From assembly GCA_965112735.1 (NCBI GenBank), contig OZ218951.1, positions 310,001-374,000 on the forward strand: 64,000 nt of DNA, given 5' to 3'. Below, piece by piece: positions 1 to 10,819 of the stretch; position 1 is the stretch's first letter; every line of letters starts with the position of its first letter. A model generated the notes under the pieces. That model saw nothing but the letters and a program-made list of their open reading frames with translations. It did not search any database and had not been told where the DNA came from. The DNA is from Phaeosaccion multiseriatum (lineage: Eukaryota; Protista; Ochrophyta, other classes). Both the position numbers and the translations under genes were made by a program.

Positions 1-738
1 TTCGAGCAAAGCTCTCGTGCGAGGATGATTGAGCAGGTACTCCACCACGGCGACGTTACCCCCCTTGCAAGCGTACAACCAGCTGTGACTGGTAAATGGA
101 GCATTGCCTCCTTCTTCCGAAATCAGCCACTTTAGCATCTCAAGGTTGCCTGCTCTTCCAGCGTACCCGCAGATTCTTTCACTCCAGCACCTCTCCTTCC
201 CAGGAAGATCTTGGGATAGAAGCCACTGGAGAACACTCAGGCCATGCTGCCGATTGAAAACCGTCTTCCTCCACGCCCGTGTATCCCAGGCACACCCCTC
301 TTCATGGAGGGCCTTGCACACCTCGACATCCCCGTGTTTGGCAGCGGTCTTGAACGTCTCCTCATTGAGCTTGCACCCGAAGCGCTTCGCCCAGTGCACA
401 TGCGCGGCAGACTCCACCACGCACCTCCTGGACGTTCTCTTGGCGGAGTGTGCACGTCTGTAGTGGTCCTTCCACTCCTTGCTCACCGTCGCAATGAAGG
501 CATCATGGCTCTCGCCAATATAGCTCATGACTCTGCTGAGTATCAGAGCCTGCGCTAATGCCTTCTCACAGGCCTCAAAGGCGGGCACAGCTCCGGCACG
601 TGCACAACTGCTCCTTCCTCTTCTCCTCTTTGTCCCGCCGCCGCTGCTGCTGCTCCCTGGCCCTAACCCTATCCCGGACCCTAACGCGAGCCGTAGCCCT
701 AACCACAGCCCTGACTCGAACCCATCCTCGTCATTCAT
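1..738 (-). CDS. F-box-like / ankyrin-repeat-like protein (3' end outside window)
   Basis: Open frame from ATG 738 to the window edge, absent from the ORF track because it has no stop. Translates to ...LILSRVMSYIGESHDAFIATVSKEWKDHY...AAKHGDVEVCKALHEEGCAWD...AGRAGNLEMLKWL...ACKGGNVAVVEYL, the degenerate ankyrin units common in algae and giant viruses. Confidence 0.75.
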   Translation of the reverse strand, partial: MNDEDGFESGLWLGLRLALGSGIGLGPGSSSSGGGTKRRRGRSSCARAGAVPAFEACEKALAQALILSRVMSYIGESHDAFIATVSKEWKDHYRRAHSAKRTSRRCVVESAAHVHWAKRFGCKLNEETFKTAAKHGDVEVCKALHEEGCAWDTRAWRKTVFNRQHGLSVLQWLLSQDLPGKERCWSERICGYAGRAGNLEMLKWLISEEGGNAPFTSHSWLYACKGGNVAVVEYLLNHPRTRALLE

Positions 739-899
739 TTTTCTCTCCCTTTACCCTTTATGAAATCAACCATACGTGAGTGTTGGGTGCTCCGTGTAGG
801 TTGAAGGAAAAAAAACCGAAATTTTTTCTTTTTTTTCTTCGAAGTAGCGTAGACTGCCTCCCTGCTTGCCTCCCTGCTTGCCTCCCTGCCTGGGGCACT

Positions 900-1172
900 C
901 TACTCCATGGAGCACTCCTCCGACGCAAGCGCTCTTCAGGCCTCTTTCCTCCAAAGTAAGCACTCTAAGCTAAGCACCACTCCTCAGGCATATGGATAGG
1001 GCTAAGCACCACTCCTCAGGCATATGGATAGGGCGCTCATGAGGCCTAAGCACTCCCCAGCCTCCTAGGTACTCCTCAGGCATTCATGGAGCAATCAATC
1101 AAGCAAGCACTCCTCAGGCCTACTAGGTACTCCTCAGGCATTGATGGAGTAAGCAAGCACTCCTCAGGCCTT
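900..1172. repeat. Degenerate ACTCCTCAGGC-containing repeats (incl. ~32-bp x2) at the RFC2 3' end
   Basis: actcctcaggc recurs about 6 times; one copy contains the RFC2 stop codon. Confidence 0.6.
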
Positions 1173-4100
1173 GTGCAGCCCCATGGCCCCGGCCTTGGTG
1201 CAGAGCCGCCCGCACATGCCCAGCAGCTGAGGAAGGGAGGGAGGGAGGGAGGAGGAGGAGGAGGAGGAGGAGGAGGAGGAGGAGGAAGGGGAATCAGGAC
1301 GGGTGGGGGTGGAGCGTGTCCAGCGAGGGAGGGCAGGGAGAGGCAGAGACACGGGAGAGTGAGTACAGGTAGGAGGGGCGGGGGGAGAAGCTTAGTACCA
1401 TGCATTGAACAATGACCGAGGCCCAAGCGCTTAGAATACAGGCAGTAGAAAGTGGCCCCACGAGTCCACCCACGCGCCCACGCGCGCACGCACGCACGCA
1501 CCTGCAAGAGGGAGTTGCACCCGTCCGCTATCCGCATGTGTGTAAAGCCCACCTCCTTAAGGAACTCGAGCTTCGGCTCCTCGCCAACCTGTGAGCACAC
1601 ACGGTGGCGGTGCACCAACACAGACGGAGGAGGGAGGGGAGGAGTGGAGGAGGGGAGCAGGGGAGAAGTGGAGGAGGGGAGCAGGGGAGGACGACTCCAC
1701 TGAGGTGCGCGGCAAGCAGTGGCAGCAACAACAGAAAGTAACGGACCGGGCCAGCCGACCACACCCTTCCCTTGCTTTGCTTGGGCACCCCTCCCCCCCC
1801 CCCAAAGATACACGAACCTGCAGCATGTTTTTGGCCACCTTAAAGACGGTGCCTATGATGTCGTTGCTGCTGTAGCCCGTGTCGTACAGGGATCGCATCG
1901 TTTCCTGCGCCAGGGCCATGTCTCCAGATGCACATGCCGTCAGGATCTTTAGCACCGTCTGAGTAGGGGGCAGTGGGTGGACAGGAGGGGATGGGGAGGG
2001 AGGAGGGGAGGGGAGGGGAGGACAGGCAGGTGAGTTGCGTGGGGCAGGGGTAGGGGCACCAGTAGCAGTTGGTGATACACAGTATGCGCACACATCAAGA
2101 GAGGGAGGGGAGAGTGGATGGGTTGTGTTTCCGGGGCGGAAGAAGTTGGTACACGACTTTCTCTGAGCTCTTGGGGACGCACCGACCCCGAGCAAAGTGG
2201 TGGGCTTTTGGGGGGAGGGAGCGTATGAGAGACACAGAGAGGCACACGCACAGCCCACCACTTTGCTGGGGTGTGCGCCCCCGTCCCTCCTCCGTCCCTC
2301 CCCCCTCCCTCCACTCTTCCTCCCCTCTTCCTCCCCGTCGCTTACCTGCGGGTGCGGTTGGTCGCACACCTTGAACACGTTCTCCTGCGTCACGTCTTTG
2401 AATCCCGAGTGCGTGGATTGCAAGTTATTCAGAGCATTGCGCATGTCCCCCTCCGCAGTGAAGATGATCGCCTCCAGGCCCCCCGGGGTGAAGCTCACGT
2501 TCTCTGCGGGACATACGTGCTGCAGACGAGCGAGGACCTGGAAACCCACAGCCACAGACCACAGCCAAGAGGCACAGACAAAGGACAGCAGGCAGAGAGG
2601 CAGAGAGGGAGAGAGAGAGAGAGGGCAATATAAAGGGCAATGCGTTTGTAAGTTTTGATTGTCTTGAATGGTTTGTTTATGAGCAGGAGCAGTAGGAATT
2701 GCATAAGGAGACGTGCGCAAAGCGAGAGAGTACTGAGGTGAGTAAAGAACATACACACACGCACGCACACACACATACACACACACACAACATCACGTGC
2801 ACCGGTACGTCCACCCACTGCCATCTACTGCCATCTACTGCCATCTACAGTCATGTGACTGCCTTCGCATCGCCTCACCTCCTCGTCCGTAAGTCTGCTG
2901 AATCTGAGGATGGCGCAGCGGCTCTGAATGGGCTCAATGATCTTGCTGGAGAGGTTGCAGGCCAGAGCGAAGCGCGTGGTGGTGCTGTACAGCTCCATGG
3001 TCCGCCGCAGGGCCTGAGGGGCAGGGGATGGTCGAAAATGGAAGTGGATTGGGGCAGGGGAAGGGGATGGGGGGTTCGAGTCGGTTTGGGAAGAGGCACG
3101 AGGAGGAGGACAGGCAGGAGGAGGAGGAGGGGGAGGAGGGCGAGGCCCTGTCGCTGCCAGCAACGAGGAATTGGGCAGAGACGTGTGCGCCTTGCTTACT
3201 CGCCTCCCCTCACGCCAAGCACACACCAAGTACACGCCTCGCCTCGGTCACTCATGCACAGCGTACCCGCCACCTCCCTCTGCGCATCACTCTCTATGCA
3301 CTACTCACTCACTGTCCTGACACTCACTACTCGCAGACTCAGTCACTCGCAGACCGGCCTGGCGATTACCATGCCGTTACCGTGCCGTACCTGCTGAGCT
3401 GCGGGGGTCATGCTGTCTGCCTCGTCCAGGATGATGACCTTGTGCTGTCCCACAGGGAGGGTTACCTTCAGGCGGGAGATGGGAGGGAAGGGGAGGGGAA
3501 GGGAGGAGAGGGGGGAACGGGTTTGGCGACTGTGAGATTGCTACTACCAGCTTTGGAAGGGAGGGGAGAGGGGGGCTGCATGATAAAATACACAAGAGAC
3601 ACAGAGTATCCACAGAGCGGGATGGGGTCAGGTGTGCACACCACTCTACAGGCCCGACCAAGGGAAGGGGTGGGGTGGAGTGGCCAGCCTGCTACGGACC
3701 TTCTTCTGCGCGAAGAGCTTGATCTTATTGCGCACCACGTCAATGCCTCGAGCGTCGGAGGCATTCAACTCAAGCACGGCGTTCTGAGGTGGGAGGAAGA
3801 GCATCCACGTACGAACACGCGGCACACACACACGCAGGAGGAGATGCAAGGCGTTACAACAGCAGCAGGCAGGAGCGGTAAGCGCGTGGGAGGGGAAGGG
3901 AGGCGAGGGGGGCGGGCCTTTCCACTCCCGACGGAAGCGTAGAGCTACGAGGATGATCGACTCCCCCCCTCCCTCCCTCCCTCGTGCAGCGAGTGCTGTA
4001 GTGCAGTGCCAGTGCTGCAGTGCTGTGCCAGTGTTATGGTACTGACCTTGTACGAGTCCTTGAGCATGGTGCGCGCGAGGGCGTTGACGGAGGTAGTCTT

Positions 4101-4466
4101 CCCCGTCCCCGGCGGGCCGGCGATGATAATGTTCGGCATGTTGCCCTGCTGCGCAATTACCTGCGGGTTCCATCCCGTAGGGTCAGGGCGGGGGCGTGGC
4201 GCATGGGAGAGCGGAAGGTTAGGTAGGGGGAAAGCTTCGCCTCGGAAAACATCCGGCAGCATGCATTTGGAGAGGAAGAGCATTTTGTGAGTGCGAGGCG
4301 TCAGTCCCGTGGGTGGGGCGCTGGTGTGTTGAGCCTCTCCTGCTCCACAACTCCTCACCTTGAGTCGCTCTATTGCCGCTTCATTTCCCACCACGTCCTC
4401 GAGCTTCTGTGGACGGTACTTCTCCACCCAAGGCACCTCAAAATCGACTTCCTGGTGGCTCATCAT
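1164..4466 (-). CDS. RFC2: Replication factor C small subunit (human RFC2 / yeast Rfc4), 9 exons
   Basis: PWVEKYRP, Walker [24 protein letters not shown], Walker [11 protein letters not shown] motif, [11 protein letters not shown]; exons join in frame at GT-AG. Confidence 0.96.
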
Positions 4467-5047
4467 GGTAGCTGCTTGCCGCTCCGGACGATGAAAGCCC
4501 TCTCCCCGACACGCCCCCCTCTACCTGAGCAGCTCCAAGAAGCAGAAAGCCCGTGGGCTCAGCGGTGCTCCTCGCGTTAACAAAAAAATCCGTCTTCCCC
4601 CTTTCCCCGAACCTTTTTTCTGGCTTCCTCCGCCTCTATTCTCCTCCCTCGATCTTCCACTAGCCCCTCTTTCTTCTCCTTCTCCTCCTGCCAGTCGACA
4701 CAAGTAGTGTAAGAGCTGTAATGACGGACGGGTGCTGTTGGTGTGTGGCGGAAGGGAAAAAAGCAGGACGAAGATCCAGTTTAAACACGAGCCGATTGGC
4801 GACGACGTCTGTGGAGAGCCAACTCGATCGGCAATGGCATCGATCGTACGATATCAAATCCAAATCCAAGTGGAAGACGGGAAGTGTCAAGGGCCAGCAA
4901 CGGAGCTTGAGCTTGAGAAGGTGCTGCGCGTGTGCTCTTCTGTTGGTCTGTGCTACTGCTCAATAGCGTTGTCCCTTTCCCCTCTCGCCCGCGCCCTCCT
5001 TCTCTCTCTCTCCACCCACACCTTCGCGGAACAGAACAAGCAGAAAG

Positions 5048-6325
5048 ATGGGCATCGTATTTGGAAAGACGGGGATCAGCGTGGAGAATGGCCTCTCCCC
5101 ACCCTTCGAGGTGCTCGCGCAACGAGCGGGCTACCAGGTGAGGAGTTGCACACCTTCCTAGAACAGGACTGGCGCCACGTACTTGATCCTTTTCCTGAGT
5201 GAGTGGGAGTCTGCAGCACACACAAGGCCAGCTCCGATGCTGTGCCGAGCTGTTCTGCCGTATGCACGCTCTCCACCGCTCCTCTGCCCGCGCGACTTGC
5301 CTCCTCTGTGGCCTTGGCCCCCGACAGTGCAAGGTGATGTCGGTGCGGAGTAGCCGCAAGGCTCCAACCCCCTTCCACGCTCCATCCCCTATGCCCTCGC
5401 AGGTGCGGTGGTACGGGAGCTACATTCAGGCCGAGGTGGCGCAGCTGTCGGCGGAGGACAAGGAGGAGGGCAAGAGCAGCTTCGGCCTACTGGCAAAGGT
5501 GTGCCCCTTGTGCTGTGTCGGGAGGGAGTGTACCGGGGAACGCCGCGCAGATTAGCGCCGCACCCGGTTTTCCGCCTCCATCTAGCAGGGCCTCTCTTCG
5601 GCCCTCCTCTGCCTGAAGCCCGCCCCCCCCTCCCTGTCACCCTTACCCCCTCCCCGCTCCCTGCCCACAGTACATAGGCGTATTCGGCGACCCCGCCAAC
5701 TATTTGGAAGGCCGCTCGGAGGGGCAGGGGAAGAGCGAGGCCATTTCTATGACCGGGCCCGTTGTGATGAAGGCCTCAGAGCCCAAGGCCGCAGAGCCCG
5801 CGCCCAAGCCTGTGAGTACATGGGCAGATGAGATGAGATTAAAGGGACAAGGGGCAAGAGGGGAGGGACACAGGGACACAGGGGCACAGGGGCACATTGT
5901 CCGCCACGGCGGCTATCCCACATGTTGGTATTATGTGGATTGTTCGGTGTCCTCTCTTGTCAGTCTTGTCAGTCTTGTCTGTCTGTCCGTCTTGTCAATG
6001 TCGCTCTCTGTCTGCGGCTGTGCTGTATTTACGTCTCTGCTGTCAGTCCGCCGAGATGCGCGCTCCATTGCCCTTCTTGTTGTGCAGTCCCTCATCAATG
6101 TCCGCCCTCCCCCCCCCCCGCGGTCCTCCCTTGCAGAGCGACACCGGTCTTCGTGCGATGAGTTTCATCCTTCCTCAGAAGTACAAGTCGCTGCGCGATG
6201 TGCCCAAGCCCAAGGACGAGAGGGTGTCGGTGAAGGAGGTGCCGGCCAAGGGGGTGCTCGTGAGGGAGTACAGTGGACGGATGAGCACACAAAACGAGGA
6301 GGTACGCGATACGCGCACACACGCG

Positions 6326-6402
<77 letters not shown>

Positions 6403-7023
6403 GGCAGCAAAGTGGCATGTTCGGCTGGGGGCATCAAGGGCTGAGTCCTTCTCTTCTATCACCCCCCTCCCCCTCGTGGCTCCTCTCTTTCACCCTCACC
6501 TCCCTCCCCTCCCCTCACCTCCCTCCCCTCCCCTCCCCTCCCCTCCTTCCCGCAGCAAAACCTCTCCGCCCTTCTCGATGACGTGGCCAGTGACGGCGTG
6601 TTTGCAGACAAGCTCCCTCCCAAGGAGGCAGGTCTCGAGTACAACTATGCAGGGTACCACCCGCCCTTCACCATCGTGAGTGTGCGCTTTGTGGACACGG
6701 GGCCAGAGCGAGAACTGCAGATTGACGATGGACGCCTTCGCCATATGCCTTCACCTTCTCTCCCCCAGCCACCAGCCCACCCTTGCCTTTGCGTGGCTTG
6801 CTTCTCGCTGCTGACCCCCTTGACTGACTCACTGACTGACTGTCCCCCCCGCTGCCATACACTGCCATCGCACCTCCTTCGCCCTCTGGGCTGCCCTCCC
6901 CCGCAGCCCTTCCTGCGCAAGAATGAGGTGTGGGTGAAGCTCCCCCTCCGCAAAGACGAGATTGTGCGTCTCATTGAGCAGCGAAAGGCCACCGAAGGAG
7001 AGGACAAGAAGGAGACGACCTGA
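5048..7023 (+). CDS. SOUL family heme-binding protein, 6 exons
   Basis: MGIVFGK start, FGLLAKYIGVFG, ISMTGPV, MSFILP, PKDERV, YHPPFTIPFLRKNEVWV; resembles plant SOUL/HBP proteins. Confidence 0.92.
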
Positions 7024-7729
7024 GGCTGAGACAGGGACCGAATCAGAGGCTTTGGCTGAGGCGAGGGCAGAAGCCAATCTCACACGGCCCCAAGCCGGCC
7101 GACAGCGGTGCAGCGGCCGACTGAGGCGCTTTAGCCGTACTCTGTACAGGCCGGCCGGGGGCGAGCAGGGTGATATTCTATTTCGGGGAAGGACGAGGCG
7201 GACAATTTTGGAGCATGGAGAGGGGGTTGTTTATTGACTTCATATGAGCATGGAGAGGGGCGGGAGGGAGGCCGTTGGCTCGCAACAGACCCTCCAGATC
7301 CTGATCCTTCATCCCCTACCCCATGTGGAGAGGGTTCCTGAGGGAGAGGGCCGCTGAGGGAGGGGGCTTGGCAGCTACGATGCTCAGTACGGAGAGCTTC
7401 AGGGGAAGGAGGGGGAGGAGGGAAAGGGATCGGATGGGAAGATGTAAATATTTAGGAGAGGTTGGCGGAGACGCTTGACCGGATGCATCACTTTGGCACG
7501 GGGTAAGGAGGCTTTGGAGCTGAGCTGGGAGAGAGCTGGGGGGGAGAGGCAGAGAGTGGGACAGGAGCGCAGACTGCATACAGGGCAAAAAGAAGACGGG
7601 GGGGGGGGTAGAGAGAGCCGGGCAGGAAGGCATATATTGGCGTATAGGAATCACCCTAAGAACTGCGCATGTGTTATGAAAGGGGGGGGGGGATACTAGA
7701 GAGGGGCGGTACACAAAGAGGTGGGGAAA

Positions 7730-8950
7730 ACAAAGAGTGGAGGCATACGTCAACATGGCCTGGGAGGCATTGAGGACGGACTTGCCCGTCGTTTTTTTCA
7801 CCATTTTGGTGGTGCACACTCTCGAGCCAGCGAGGAAGGCGCGCATCGCAGAGGTGTGATATATCATCCTCCTCCTCCTCTCCATCCTAGAAGCTTATCC
7901 TCCGAAGGACCACATATGCTTTCCACCTCACGGCCGCTCTAGCCCGTTCACGTGTTCGACGTCCGATCCAACCTCACAGTGGGCAAGCTCAGGTACGGCA
8001 TCCACCCGTCCGCCCCTCCCTTCCCCAACCACAGCTCCCTCAGTGCGCGCAGGACGTAGCCGGCCACGCAGTACATGGACCGGCGCTGACTTTCTGTCCT
8101 CACTCCCTAGCGGGGGTCGGCGGGTACTGCCATCCCCACCTGCACCCTCACTGTTTGTATCCATTCGGTCCACTCTCTCGCCGCCTCACGCAGCAGCACC
8201 CGCACAGTGATTCGCAAGTCGTCCTCCGGCTGCGTCTTGAAGATCCGTCCCAGTTCGTCGTCAGTCCCCTGCACACGCTCATCTCGCCACACCGGGTCAT
8301 GAAGGGCCCGAAAACAATCCCTTCCCCTTTGCTGCCCATGGCCCATGAGCCCATGCCTTCCTGTGCAGCCCAGGCCCTCGCAGCGTCGCGGGCCGGGCCC
8401 CCTCGAAAGCTCTCACCGCCCGAGCCACGTCGGCCTTCTCCCCAATGTCTCAGTGGACAGAGCGCATAGCGTGTACGCCTCGGTCAACGCGTCCACAGGC
8501 CTCGGGCAACGCGTCCGCGAGGGCTCCGTGCTCTACAAAAATTAAAAAGCACAACCACGAATGCGCTGGCTCTCCGGCTCCTGGACGGGGCTGCTCAGCG
8601 GATCCGTGTCCGCACGCCGTCCCGTGGCGTGCACAGCCAGGGAATTCTCCACGATGACTGGGCTATGCATTCGATTCAGGCCAACTACTTGGCCCTTCGT
8701 CTGCTCCAGTCTCTCTACAAGTACGGTCCCCCATCCTGGCTTCTTCCAATGCTCTTCAGCTGAGTCCGTACGACGGACGCCTCAACATCACAGAGGAAGG
8801 CAGCATCCTTGACCACGCCATGGTAATCTCACCTTAATTGTTTGATCATTCCCTGGACGTTGGAGCTCTCCATCTTCACGTGTTGGTGCTCCAATCCACA
8901 AGCAACGTAGAGCGCACGCGATAAATAGCCGGGCCTGCGTGCTGCGAACT
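7730..8950 (-). pseudogene. Decayed coding relic, possibly a P-element/THAP9-like transposase C-terminus
   Basis: Stop- and frameshift-interrupted minus-strand frames containing MYCVAGYVLRALR and later RRRMIYHTS; no intact ORF or TIRs found. Confidence 0.3.
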
Positions 8951-9227
8951 CACTCCTTAGTTCAGCTGCTGTAAGGAGACAGCCAAGTAGGAGAAAGGAG
9001 GGGAAGAAGGAAGAAGTGTAAGAAGGGAATGGAACATCCTCCCTGAATCCTTGAGTGTCACCACAAAAAAAGGAAAAAAGAAACCAGGAGAGAGCTGTGA
9101 AGAGGTACTGGTCGCGACCAGGGGTTGGTAGAGATCTGGGGCAGGAAGTGGAGCTAGAGCCTCACGGCGAAGGCCACGCAAAGACTGCGGTAGATCCACC
9201 GAGACGACTCTCCTTTTGTGGTGAAGG

Positions 9228-10779
9228 ATGTGGGTCGAGAAGCCGCCCTGGGTGGGGCACTTCAACGACAAAGATGCCCTCGCTGCCATGTACAGCGTGG
9301 ACATGCATCCGGACGGGACGAGGTTCGCGACCGGAGGTAGGTAGGGGGGGGGGATAGGAGGCTTCTTTTGGAAGAGAGGCCCTCTCTGCCCATTGTGTGC
9401 ATCTTTATCTAAGCGGTTGGGTGGGGGCGAGATGTGGTACCCACCCACCCACATCATTCCTACATCTTGCTCATGGCGGTTGCTCCTCCCAGAGGAAAGA
9501 AGAGAGTTGCGCCGATAGCTCCATTGCAGCTAAAGCGCCTTTGACTGTCCCCCCCCCCCCGCCGCTCCCCTCTCTACCCTCAGGGGGGGACGGGAAGGTG
9601 AAGCTGTGGGCAATGGCGCCCATCCTCAGGGGCCCTGCGGCCACAGCGGCGAGCATGGAGGGGGGGTCAAAGGGCGCCACGGTTATCGAGGGACACTCCG
9701 CCACAGCACTTGGCGATACAGCAGCGGCAGCAGAGGGCACTAAGAAGAGGCCGTTCGCCGCACTCTCCGCCGTCTCCGTGGGGGTCTCCGATGCCGACGT
9801 GGGAGGGAAGGACGGAAAACAACTGCTGGCGGTGCTGGGCCTGCACCAGAGCCCCGTGAACTGCGTGCGCTGGAGCGCCTGCGGACGGTACCTCGCAAGC
9901 GCCTCGGGTGAGGGTTTGTCTGCCAACTGTGAACCGTGTAGAACTGTATGACGTACCAACAGTGGTAGGATGGACGCCTTGCAATATATACAGTTGGCAG
10001 AGAAGTCGATGTCGAGGTTGGGTGTGCGTCTCATGTACCAACTTGTAGGCCTCCCTGCCGCTCTTGCCCTCTCTGGCCATCTGCTGCCATCTGCGCCGCC
10101 CCTCCTAACCCCCCCCCCTTGCGCTGTCCTTCTTCCTCTCTTGGGTCCCCCCCCACCCCTCCCTCCCTCCCTCCCTACCTCACAGATGACACTTACGTAC
10201 TGCTATGGGAGCTGCGGACAGGGGCGGGCCAGCGCAGCACTGTCCCTTTCGGCAGCACCGACAGGCCGAACGTAGAGAACTGGGCCAGGTGTGTGTGTGC
10301 GTGTGTGCGTGTGTGCGTGTGCGTGTGCGTGTGTGCGTGTACGTGTGTGCGTGTGGGTGGGTGGGTGTGTGCGTGGGCGTGTGTGCGTGTGTGCGTGCGT
10401 GTGTGTGGGGGGAGTGTCTGTGTGTATGAGTGTGTGTGTGTGTGTGCACATCCCCCAAAGAACTGGGCCAGATGTGGGTGTGGGTGTGCGTGTGTGTGTG
10501 CATGTGTGGGTGTTCTGTGGTGTGTGTGTGTGATGGGGGGGGGGTTTCTGTGTGTGTGTATGCATGTGTGCCTGCGTGTGTACACTCCTCCCTGCATGTC
10601 GCAGCCTTGACGCAAGCAGTGCCACCCCAAAGCCCCCCCTTCTCTACCCCAGTGTGTCTGTCTGTCTGTCTGTCTGTCTGTCTTCCCCTCACGCTTCCCC
10701 TCCTCTCCTCCCGCCGTCCCGCTCCCCTGCATCGCCGCTGCCCACATACACGCACGCACGCACACACACACGCACACAC

Positions 10780-10819
<40 letters not shown>

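Noticed and set aside
8868-8893. ~25-bp similarity to 58801-58826
   Set aside because: Too short and gapped to separate from chance without a search.
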